Shown here in pieces: positions 28,350-39,227 of a stretch of 49,514 bases of DNA (the first letter of the stretch is position 1; each line of letters starts with the position of its first letter). Location: contig NIVC01000791.1 in the NCBI GenBank assembly GCA_002269645.1, positions 1 through 49,514 on the forward strand, in the 5' to 3' direction. The notes under the pieces were generated by a model. It saw only the letters and a list, made by a program, of their open reading frames with translations. It was not told the origin of the DNA and did not search any database. This DNA comes from Macrostomum lignano. Taxonomy: Eukaryota. Made by a program: the position numbers and the translations under genes.

Positions 28350-30108
28350 TGGACACAGAATCTGGTGAGACGGTCCGAGGCAGGGAGTGCTGGACACAGA
28401 ATCTGGTGAGACGGTCCGAGGCAGGGAGTGCTGGACACAGAATCTGGTGAGACGGTCCGAGGCAGGGAGTGCTGGACACAGAATCTGGTGAGACGGTCCG
28501 AGGCAAGGAGTGCTGGACACAGAATCTGGTGAGACGGTCCGAGGCAGGGAGTGCTGGACACAGAATCTGGTGAGACGGTCCGAGGCAGGGAGTGCTGGAC
28601 ACAGAATCTGGTGAGACGGTCCGAGGCAGAGAGTGCTGGACACAGAATCTGGTGAGACAGGTCGGGGCAAGGAGTGCTGGACTTTCTGGACACAGAATCT
28701 GGTGCGACAGGTCGGGGCAAGGAGTGCTGGACTTTCTGGACACAGAATCTGGTGCGACAGGTCGGGGCAAGGAGTGCTGGACTTTCTGGACACAGAATCT
28801 GGTGCGACAGGTCGGGGCAAGGAGTGCTGGACTTTCTGGACACAGAATCTGGTGCGACAGGTCGGGGCAAGGAGTGCTGGACTTTCTGGACACAGAATCT
28901 GGTGCGACAGGTCGGGGCAAGGAGTGCTGGACTTTCTGGACACAGAATCTGGTGAGACAGGTCGGGGCAAGGAGTGCTGGACTTTCTGGACACAGAATCT
29001 GGTGAGACAGGTCGGGGCAAGGAGTGCTGGACTTTCTGGACACAGAATCTGGTGAGACAGGTCGGGGCAAGGAGTGCTGGACTTTCTGGACACAGAATCT
29101 GGTGAGACAGGTCGGGGCAAGGAGTGCTGGACTTTCTGGACACAGAATCTGGTGAGACAGGTCGGGGCAAGGAGTGCTGGACTTTCTGGACACAGAATCT
29201 GGTGAGACAGGTCGGGGCAAGGAGTGCTGGACTTTCTGGACACAGAATCTGGTGAGACAGGTCGGGGCAAGGAGTGCTGGACTTTCTGGACACAGAATAA
29301 GGTGAGACAGGTCGGGGCAAGGAGTGCTGGACTTTCTGGACACAGAATCTGGTGAGACAGGTCGGGGCAAGGAGTGCTGGACTTTCTGGACACAGAATCT
29401 GGTGAGACAGGTCGGGGCAAGGAGTGCTGGACTTTCTGGACACAGAATCTGGTGAGACAGGTCGGGGCAAGGAGTGCTGGACTTTCTGGACACAGAATCT
29501 GGTGAGACAGGTCGGGGCAAGGAGTGCTGGACTTTCTGGACACAGAATCTGGTGAGACAGGTCGAGGCAAGGAGTGCTGGACTTTCTGGACACAGAATCT
29601 GGTGAGACAGGTCGGGGCAAGGAGTGCTGGACTTTCTGGACACAGAATCTGGTGAGACAGGTCGGGGCAAGGAGTGCTGGACTTTCTGGACACAGAATCT
29701 GGTGAGACAGGTCGGGGCAAGGAGTGCTGGACTTTCTGGACACAGAATCTGGTGAGACAGGTCGGGGCAAGGAGTGCTGGACTTTCTGGACACAGAATCT
29801 GGTGAGACAGGTCGGGGCAAGGAGTGCTGGACTTTCTGGACACAGAATCTGGTGAGACAGGTCGGGGCAAGGAGTGCTGGACTTTCTGGACACAGAATCT
29901 GGTGAGACAGGTCGGGGCAAGGAGTGCTGGACTTTCTGGACACAGAATCTGGTGCGACAGGTCGGGGCAAGGAGTGCTGGACTTTCTGGACACAGAATCT
30001 GGTGCGACAGGTCGGGGCAAGGAGTGCTGGACTTTCTGGACACAGAATCTGGTGCGACAGGTCGGGGCAAGGAGTGCTGGACTTTCTGGACACAGAATCT
30101 GGTGAGAC
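28350..30108 (+). repeat. Composite satellite: 7 x 41-bp units followed by ~29 x 50-bp units (GGACACAGAATCTGGTGAGACAGGTCGGGGCAAGGAGTGCTGGACTTTCT)
   Basis: Visible units. ORF-track starts spaced 41 nt (28592/28633/28674) and 50 nt (29824/29874/29924) confirm the periods. Confidence 0.98.
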
Positions 30109-31408
30109 AGCAACAACTTCGAGCTCTGAGTTGGCCGCAACTTTTCTGCCCGATGTAATGTGTCATCGAATTCAATTTGATTAAAAGACTTCACGAAGAA
30201 ACTTTGAAAAAAGTCCCATTCAGAAAAATACGGATACGGTTTTTGTCCTTTACGAAATTTACTCATATGAAAAAATTATTTATTACATTTGAGATTAACA
30301 GAGATTAGAGAAGCGCTTATAACATAATTTTCGTAGGAACTTCTAGAAATGAGAACAACTACGCCAAGTATCCTTTTAGGCCATCTGTCCTGATTTACAG
30401 TGCGAACAAGCACTTTGTGTCGGGCACCATGTAGAGAGAAAATTAAGATAGGCTACGAGTATACTTAATTAGAGTTGATAACAAATAAGAAAGTAAGTGG
30501 GGCTCAGGGCCAAAATGAGTGTATTAAATTAGGCTGGGGTTGAGACGAGTACAAGTAAGAAGAGTAGGGGTGGAATTCGCGAGATTGAAGAGCCAATCAG
30601 AAAGCAGCGAGGGAGAGAGATAAGAATAGCAGAGATAACTAGACAGAGAGGGAGATAAAAACAGAGTAAACAGAAACAAGTGCAGATGAACTAAGGAAAT
30701 GACTAAGGAAGTCGCGACAAGTATGCCTTGGATTCATCTGTCTCGATCACAGATACTAAAATACACTACCTCGTACATGGGCAACTCAGGCTTATTTACT
30801 TTGTAAACCAGCTTTCTACTTTCAGTTCAGTAGCAAAGAAGAATACATAAGCTATTTTATAAAAATAAAGGCAGCTCAAAATGACTGACAAGTTTAGAAG
30901 CTTAAGCTTGCAGGCGTAAACAGCTTGCTAATTGGTTCAGCAATAATGTACATTAGCCAGTCCACTGAAATGTACATGGCAGCTTTAGGCTGGAATTTCC
31001 AAGAAAGGCAATAAAAATCGGGGCGGGTCGGGGGGTAGTGGAAAAAATCGCAGTTAGAGGTTTTAAGCTGCAGGGCCTGGGGTAAGAACCAATATGCCTT
31101 AGCTTTAAAAATACATTAAAATGCTTCTGTTTAACTTACTACTGAACTGAAAGTAGTTGGCAGGCAAATTTGCTGAGTGGCCACATCTAGTTATTCTAGT
31201 ATCTTTGGTCTCGATCTACTGTGCGAGAAGCATACGGTCGAATAATTTCCTTTCGATTGAGAAACCTCTTGAAGCAGTCATCGAGCTTATAAAAAATCAC
31301 ATTAAAAAGGAGAACGGTTTTAATAACTGGGTTACGAGCGTAATAAATAATATTATTTTGTTATTAATTTCGAATCTTATCTCAAATCTCAAGTCGTAAA
31401 ATCTCAAG

Positions 31409-32495
31409 TCAGGGCAGCAGAGCGAAGAACTCCCGGATCTCGCTCTCTGTCATGACGCTGCCGCCGATTGCGATGGCTTTCACGGTTCCATTAAACTTTG
31501 TTGGTTCGCCGACTCGTTTGCCGAATCGGAGGCAGCTGATTGACGGAACGAGACCGTAATTTGTAACGACGTTGATGCCGCCCTGGGCCAGGAAGGCGTT
31601 GTTGAGAAACATGCCCCAGAGATCGCCTGTTGGACTCGTTGTGAAGCCAAAATCCACCCAGTCGTCTTCGCTGGCAGACATGACTGAGCCCGACTGGTAT
31701 ATTTGTAGAAGATTGCCAACAACTGTTCCGAAAAGGGCGTAAAGCTTCGATGGTGCGTCGTATTCCCAGAGGTGGTTGTATGGTGATCCAGCAGTGAAAT
31801 CGGCACAATCAGTGAACTCAAAGAGCGGCTGGACCTGCGGTTTCCTTTTAAACCGAATCAGGACCGTGCCGCCACTGGTGAATCCGATGTCACTCTTGTT
31901 CAACACCAGATGCGATCCGTTCCCATTGAACTTGGCGCCTTCTTGCGTCCACTGCACATCGACCGGATGCATTCTGTTCATGTCTTCGTCTGTCTGGCAC
32001 AGCAGGTTCTCAAATCTGGTTAAGTCTTCTCCGAGCCAGACGTTGGTCAGATTCGGGTGGAACCGAGCCGGGTACTCCATGGGAAATCGAATGAACAGTC
32101 GGCAGTGGCTGCTTGAACCGGAGGCCAGACTGCGGCACACGGACTGGTAGCGGAACAGGCTGCATTCGAGAGTCTGCAGGTTGAACTGGGCAACGATGAG
32201 GCCAGATGAGAATGCGTCAGAGGCTTGCATCGTGCAGTGCCGCTCATTGAGCACTTTGGCCTGGTGGATTGCGGCTGACGCGTCCTGACACTGAGCCTGC
32301 ATCTGAGTCCACGAGTCCGCCGACTTGCTCTGGCCGATAGCCACACAGCCGAGCAGTTGCAGCGCTCCTAGAAGAAGATTTCCTGCGGAACCGAATTCAG
32401 TTAGAATTGCTGGGCCAGTTAACAATATAATTGATTTTTATTTTTATCGAAGCTGAAATATGATTTATGAATTGATGAAGCTTACCTGATCTCAT
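31409..32495 (-). CDS. Secreted protein with an N-terminal Cys-containing PAN/apple-like module and a C-terminal LamG/concanavalin A-like domain; exons 32495-32486 and 32382-31409; ~327 aa
   Basis: ATGAGATCAG|gtaagc...ttccgcag|GA gives MRSGNLLLGALQLLGCVAIG (signal-like). Then HCTMQA...VAQFNLQTLECSLF...C...C (PAN-like), then GAKFNGNGSHLVL...TVLIRFK...WVDFGFT...MFLNNAFL...LRFGK...FNGTVKAIAIGGSVMTESEI (LamG/pentraxin-like pattern). The 338-codon open frame is non-repetitive. Confidence 0.75.
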
Positions 32496-33104
32496 TGCCG
32501 CAAGTCAGAATGATAATGATAACTATATACCTGCTGCCTCTCTGCCGGATGGTTTTTCAGCCCCTTTTTAATTAAATTAAACTGGCCTGATCATTTATAA
32601 TACCTGCAGCTGTGGGCTATGGGTACGCATTCATTAGTCGAGGAATAGCATAGCCATGAGTTGATCATTTGCGATTGGCTTATAAAGATGGAGATAACGA
32701 GGAAACCATTGGCTCTGGGGGTGTCCACTTCTGTTTTAAACCAGCATTCAATAGCTCCCAACAATTAGTGAGTTACCAATTTTGATTGGTCAATTTGTCA
32801 CCCCCAGCCATCAAATAATCATATGAAGCGTACAGTGTACAGTTTTTAGGATAGCAATGCAGGATCCCTAAGTAGTGGTCTGCGTACATTTTTCGGGTTC
32901 TAATACTTTCTACTCTTGTCAGTAGTCAATTTTGTACTTGTGCACCTAATAAATTTTAGTTAGAACAACATTAACTCACAACAATAACAATATGTTAGAC
33001 GTTGTTAAATGTCTTATTAAAACGTTTGCGGTGGCATACTATTTGTTAAAGTTAATTTTGTATAGCATAAGAAGATAAGTATTGTGGATACCGGCATTTG
33101 ATGG

Positions 33105-33470
33105 TGTTGGAGTGGCTGTCTTTGGTGTGTTGGAACGGCTCTCTTTGGTGTGTTGTAGTGGCTGTCTTTGGTGTGTTGGAGTGGCTGTTTTGAGGTGCTG
33201 AAGTGGCTGTCTTTGGTGTGTTGGAGTAGCTGTCTTTGGTGTGTTGGAGTGGCTGTCTTTGGTGTGTTGGAGTGGCTGTTTTTAAGGTGCTGGAGTGGCT
33301 GTCTTTGGTGTGTTGGAGTAGCTGTCTTTGGTGTGTTGGAGCGGCTGTCTTTGGTCTGTTGGAGTGGCTGTTTTTAAGGTGCTGGAGTGGCTGTCTTTGG
33401 TGTGTTGGAGTAGCGGTCTTTAGGGTGTTGGAGCGGCTGTCTTTAGGGTGCTGGAGCGGCCGTCTTTAGG
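33105..33470 (+). repeat. 23-bp minisatellite (GTGGCTGTCTTTGGTGTGTTGGA with a ...TTTTAAGGTGCTGGA variant)
   Basis: Visible tandem units. Confidence 0.94.
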
Positions 33471-34734
33471 TGCACCCTGTCAGAAAGAGTACTAGCTGTC
33501 ATCTTTATGTAAAGGCAACTGACTGAGGTTTAGTGGACTCTTGCTAGCAAAAGCTGAGTTTGTTGCGCAGACACGTGATTGTCAAAATTGTCTTTCTACC
33601 ATTTAAGATGCTAGCTATGCAGCTGCAATTAGGAAAGCAAATGAAGATTAAACTCATTCGCAAACAACAATTAACTGTATAAAACCACACCCGAACCAAC
33701 TTGGATGCTTCTTGACTAGGTCTGCACACACCGTTCACGTGCTGGAGACTCAACTGGGTTCATGTGACTAATCTTCACTCGTACTTGCATGCTCCTTTCC
33801 TCTCTGCATTGGACTGTGCTTCAATTACGAGCTACAGTGGCCATTTGAGACCTAACCAGTTTAGAGGGTAGCTATACCTCTCTGCCAAGACAATAGATAC
33901 TCAACGAGACACGTGGCCCAGCTTGTTTAGAACGTAGAAAGCAATTGACAGCCCCGTCCTAACTCAAGGTTGAAAAATAGACACTTTAGATTTAGAAGCA
34001 ACAGAACACGTGCCGCAACCTGCACGAGACGATCGACTCAAGCTTACCAGCAGCGTAATTGCCTATGAAAAAATTGAGTGTAAAAGAATGCGTATATAAA
34101 TGCTCCAACTTCTAGTCTAGCAGCAAAAAGCTGTCAACTTTATCTTGTATTCTCATTTTTGCCAGTTGCTGTTAGCTACTCTGCTGCTGTTGTTCCATTT
34201 CTAGGAAAGCTACGTAGGGAGCGGGCGCCCGGAGGCGCGCCCTGCTATGGCCGTTAGTGGATCAGATCGCCTGGTAGAGGACGTCAACACCGGAATGGAC
34301 GACATATTTTACTGTAATGAGCATATATGGTAATATAAACTACTCTATAGTAGTATGTGTACTTACTTGCCTTAGCTTGCCAATTTATGTACTTGTAGCT
34401 TCCTTGTAGTTACTTGTAGTTCTTGTTTTTTGTGTGAATGTTCTCTGTGCCAAATCATCCTATTGTACATTTACAGTATCGACAGTACATTTGTAAGCCA
34501 AAATGTTTACTTACTTACATGCTTGAGTTATCCTAGCATGTATCTGTACCTGTAATAATCTGGCATGCGAGCGATTACCTGCCATCCATGCCATCCATGG
34601 CATCAATATTGGCGTCAATATTCTTCATTTGCTTGAATACTGTACATGTTGTATATAACTTGCCAAATCTCTTCCTAAATATCATTAGCATATCAATAAG
34701 TATAGAATTGTAATGTTAAAAGCATCAAATGTAC

Positions 34735-35315
34735 CACTCCGAATTGTGCCAAAGCATTGTCCTAATTTTGCCAAAACATTGTCCTACTTGTGCCAAAACT
34801 TGTCCTAACTGTGCCAAAACATTGTCCTACTTGTGCCAAAACATTGTCCTACTTGTGCCAAAACTTGTCCTACTTGTGCCAAAACATTGTCCTACTTGTG
34901 CCAAAACATTGTCCTACTTGTGCCAAAACTTTGTCCTACTTGTGCCAAAACATTGTCCTACTTGTGCCAAAACATTGTCCTACTTGTGCCAAAACTTGTC
35001 CTAACTGTGCCAAAACATTGTCCTACTTGTGCCAAAACATTGTCCTACTTGTGCCAAAACTTGTCCTACTTGTGCCAAAACATTGTCCTACTTGTGCCAA
35101 AACTTTGTCCTACTTGTGCCAAAACTTTGTCCTACTTGTGCCAAAACATTGTCCTACTTGTGCCAAAACATTGTCCTACTTGTGCCAAAACATTGTCCTA
35201 CTTGTGCCAAAACTTGTCCTACTTGTGTTAAAACTTGTCCTACCTGTGCCAAAACTTGTCCTACTTGTGCCAAAACTTTGTCCTACTTGTGCCAAAACTT
35301 ATCTTAACTGTGCCA
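34735..35315 (+). repeat. 21/22-bp minisatellite (TGTGCCAAAACATTGTCCTACT)
   Basis: Visible tandem units; source of the CPTCAK-repeat ORFs. Confidence 0.97.
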
Positions 35316-35729
35316 AAATAAAATTCCATGCCAAAGTCCATATGGTGCCAAAATTTATTATGCTTATAGAAAAGCAAAAGTCATGGGCTATGCCAAGAGT
35401 GTCTTATTGACTTTATTTACTCGTTACGATCTTCATCTACCGTATTTGGGCTATCCAAACTCACCGGATTCGTCCTCTGACATGAAGGCCTCCGTCATCG
35501 GACATTATGTCAGAAATCTATTGACAGTCTGTTTCTTCCAGTAATTATGCCATACTTTTGAGTATATAATAGATCCTTTAACATTTTTTTAATTCGCTTA
35601 TTCGCGTATTTTAACTCGCAAAAATATATCTTATTCTTAGGCTAGGTTTTTTTAGACTATGCATATTAGCAAACTGGAATACTCGTAGTCATAGATGGGA
35701 AAATTCATCCCTCTTACGAAAATAATTTT

Positions 35730-36095
35730 AATGAGGAACGTAGCGGACGAGCTGGCAGAAGTTCTTGGGCCTGAAAACGATCGGAGAGGTCCGGGTTCGG
35801 GCGGGAGGTAAGTGAGCCTGTTCGTTGACAGGGAATCCAAAGCTGAAGTACTCTGCATTCTCAACACTGTAGAGGCAGAATGGGCAGTCTTCTTTGCGGA
35901 TTTTTTCTGGAGGTAACGATGCCTGCCAAAACAGCCATGTCCGGAGAGGGCCATGGTTACCGCCCTGATGTCCCTGCGGTTGAGTCCAAGCAGGGCTCTG
36001 CGCAGGGCGAGGAAGGACAGGGGAACAGCCGCGCAGGATTGCCGGCAGTCGGAGACGTTGGCCCACCTGTCCCTGTGCGACGCAGAGAACTATAC
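35730..36095 (-). mobile_element. 5'-truncated 3' fragment of a non-LTR retrotransposon (I/R1/Loa-like)
   Basis: Minus strand reads [14 protein letters not shown]...[29 protein letters not shown], then frameshifted [15 protein letters not shown]. This is a degenerate C-terminal LTGH...C-x2-C...ET-x2-H zinc-knuckle region. Confidence 0.65.
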
Positions 36096-37769
36096 GCCAT
36101 ATTTCCTAGGGAGCCATTGCCAATTGCGCTTCGCTTCTACGCGACGAACGGCTACCAACGTCGTTCGTGATGCTTCATGAGATCCGGATATTTGTTCCAC
36201 AGTTGCTTCTGAAGCAATGAACTGCTCAGTACTACATGTATGACTGAGTAAACAGAAAGAGCCTGAGGTTCTCCTAGTTTAGAAGCTTTTCATCGTCAAT
36301 GCTGACAACGGAGCGTTTCAGTGGCTTCTTGACTGGCGTTGAAGTTGCGGATGTGCAGTCCCGCTGCCGATGCCAGAAAGCAGGATAGACGCTGTATGTG
36401 CCTGGCGACCTGTCTTGTCATGTGTGATATGCTGCATGCCGAGGATGAGTAAAAAGCTTCCTAGCTGCTGTCCGCCAGATCACCGAACTTTCTCATCGGG
36501 ACGTTTCTTACTCGCAGCTCCATCCAAGCCTTCGAATTCTCGCTTGTGGTGTCATGATTTTGGTCTTGGATAACAATGACGTCTCTCGTCCACCTAGTAG
36601 ATTAGATGCAACATCATCTCCTGGTTGCAGTACCATTTGTCCGATTAAAGGAAACCCATGATTTTGGCCAGATGGTAATTTCTCGCAATAGCAGCAAACT
36701 CATCTCGCGCTTTTGGCTGATTACGAGCTAACAAGCTTAAATTTCTGCTCCATCGATAGTTAAGGTTGAAGAACTGATTCCAGTCAAGCCCGAATATCGA
36801 TCAGTGTTGGGGATGTGCATAGAGCAGACCATCCTGAGTTGTCAGTGTTGAGTAGAAGAGGCGCGAGCAGTGGTTTAAAATAGTTGGTGGGTACTCAAAT
36901 ATTAGCTCTCGAGTCAATTTCTCCAGTCTCTTCGAGCACACTCGCCTGGCAGCTCCTCGGTTAGTAATCCGGACGCCATTTGATACGGCAGATTCGCCAC
37001 GCTGACAATTCTCTAGAAGTGAGAATTGTCAGCTGATATTTTTATATATGAAGGAAGAAGAGAGGGAAGAGGAGACAGAGGAGGAGAGGGGAGAGGGGGG
37101 AAAAGAGAAGAGAGAAGAGAGAGAATAGATGGAGAGCTGAGAAGCGACACAAATCTTGAGCGGGTCGGATTGCTATTGTGAAGTTTCAATTCAGACCTAA
37201 AAGCCGGATCAAGGACTTCTTATAACTAGCTTATAATTATAAAGAAATCCTTGGTCGGAGAGAGGCTTCACGGGCTAAAAATCTGCAAATAGCTTTTTAA
37301 ACAGACCTTGAACTTCTTTCACTCCTCGCATCACTACATTAAACTTTATCTTGTCCCCATCTTTTATGGTCAGTGAATCAGAAACAGACACCGATTCTAC
37401 GACGAGCGTACTCTACAATAGACACTCTGCTCTGAAGTTTCTGAGCTACCAGGGCTTTTGCTTCATTGCTATTCGAAAGTACCGAGGGATTAGATAGCTT
37501 AAAAATAAAAAAAATGTCTGCCAGACGCTGCAGACCGACCTGTCATGCAGACATAACCGTTTGACAATTTACGCGTACACCAAGGCTGTTATTTTCACAC
37601 CAGATCTTCAATGATTTTATCTCTGGATTTTTGACATATTTTATCTTTGACGGGAGCTTTGCTGGTTGATAAAAGACCGCCCCTACAGAAGTTCCCTAGT
37701 TTAGTCCTTGTGCCTTAAGCAAACATACGCTTGTGTTATTGTTATAGTCTTTGAACCATATCGGTTAAA

Positions 37770-37866
37770 ATGTTGGAGTTCAATGCGAAACAATTGCTTG
37801 TTCTGGCCGCTGCCTTGGCTGTTGCCACCGGCAAGGCTGCTGCTATTCGCGAGAGTACCCTCGATT
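37770..37866 (+). pseudogene. First coding exon of a putative secreted protein (signal peptide), with its donor site disrupted by the mariner
   Basis: MLEFNAKQLLVLAAALAVATGKAAAIRESTLD has a hydrophobic core and an AxA cleavage motif. Removing the mariner restores T|GTAAGT and a 39-nt intron ending TTTTATTACAG at 39265. Confidence 0.5.
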
Positions 37867-37869
37867 GTA

Positions 37870-39227
37870 CTTCGGCTTTCGGCTGTCCGGAAAGTCGCGA
37901 GAATGTATTTAAAAAATCAGTCAGAACTATAAAAAAACACGATAACAGCACTAGTTGGTAATGTAATCTCCCCTTGCATTGATTACAGCTTGGCAATGGT
38001 CAACGAATCGCTGAACCTCTCTTTTTAAACAATCTTCGTCAAGGCTTCTTGCCCACTGCAACGCAGCTTCTCGAACTTCATTGTGGTCGCTGAATACTCG
38101 CCTGGAGAAATCATTCTTCATCCAACTGAACAAAAAACGGTCGCACAGATTGAAGTCTGGGCTGTAGGGACTCTGAAACACCAGCTGAACTCCACGGGAC
38201 TCCATGTACTGCTGCACAGAACGGGCTAGGTGAGGTCGCGCATTGTCCCACTGCCAAAGAACATCCGACAGGTGAATTGGCTTTGACCTCAGAGTACGCC
38301 ATAGGTCTCCCGTGTGCCGAATGAACTCAACTATGCCATCTGCATCAACAGTTTGCTTCGGGGCTGTGGATTCAATGGAGAAGCGCTTGCTTGGAGTGAA
38401 AGCAACCAGAAGCATTGTCTTTGCATTCCCGACCGAGTGCCTGACAACCTGGGGCCGATGATCTCCTTGGCCAAGCCAGCACCTGTTGTTTGCTTTGTGC
38501 CAGTGTTGTTCAGGTACACCCACGTCTCATCTTCCACCACGTACTTGTCGCAAAAGTTTTCCACCCCCTCGTTGTAAAAAAGCCTGCGGATTTGCTTGGC
38601 ACAATTGATGCGAGCAGTCTTGTTCTCCTCGGATAGAGCATGAGGAACCCAGACGGCAGAAACGTTTCGAAGGTGCAAATCCTCGGTCAAAATTTCGTGC
38701 ACTGTTGTTTTACCAACTTCCAAAAAGTCGGCGAGGTCTCGGACACTAACTTTTGAATCCTCTTCAACGAGAGCTCGGCAGGTTTCGATCAGTTCCGTTG
38801 TCCTTGTTGACCGTGGCCGGCCAGTCCGAGGAGCTGAGGCCAGGGGAAATGCTTCATCACGGAACTTTGAGTACCATCTGTAAACCGTTGACTGACCTGG
38901 TGCGGCATCTCCATAAACTTTAAGTAGTTCGTCATAACAACTAATAGCAGAGATTCCAAGACGGTATCTAGCGTAGGCATAAGCCTGGAAATCTTCCATT
39001 TTGACGAACTCGCTGTTAGATTTTTCAAGCTTGATCACCGCGTTGCATTGGTTATTGAGCACTTTATGCTGAGCTCGCCCCTGCCCCCAATTTTGCTGCT
39101 AGAATAACAAAAATTTTCACCATAGACATATATAAGTCTATTATTGAAATTTTATGTGTGCCATGTCATCAGCTTGCTGCTTTCTTGCTTGACTGACACA
39201 TTCTCACGACTTTCCGGACAGGCGAAG
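37870..39227 (-). mobile_element. Mariner (Tc1/mariner, DD34D) DNA transposon, 1358 bp
   Basis: TIRs CTTCGGC(TTTCGGC)TGTCCGGAAAGTCGCGAGAATGT and ACATTCTCACGACTTTCCGGACAGGCGAAG. TA target duplication at 37868-69 and 39228-29. Confidence 0.95.
37951..38999 (-). CDS. Mariner transposase (~349 aa after correcting one 1-nt deletion near 38495)
   Basis: HTH region (STVYRWYSKF, RTGRP), WVPHAL, EDETWV, WDNARPH, YSPDFNLCD with 34 residues between the 2nd and 3rd Asp, GDY terminus. Confidence 0.92.

Noticed and set aside
28249-30266. Three overlapping 614-643 aa minus-strand ORFs
   Set aside because: Pure read-through of the 41/50-bp satellite. The same peptides appear in all frames and there is no unique coding sequence.
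30418-30719. Possible solo LTR (TGTCGGG...CGCGACA)
   Set aside because: Terminal inverted match but no target-site duplication.
33477-34700. LTR-like promoter stretch (TATAAA at ~34095)
   Set aside because: No defined TG..CA boundaries with a TSD could be found.
34729-35410. Cys-rich CPTCAK-repeat ORFs resembling a metallothionein or zinc-binding protein
   Set aside because: Artefact of a 21/22-bp repeat whose unit-length variants shift frame.
36105-36860. Harbinger-like peptide PIALRFYATNGYQ and degenerate coding-looking DNA
   Set aside because: Only one short motif; I could not find the DDE motifs, TIRs or a TAA/TTA TSD. A tBLASTx against transposases would settle it.
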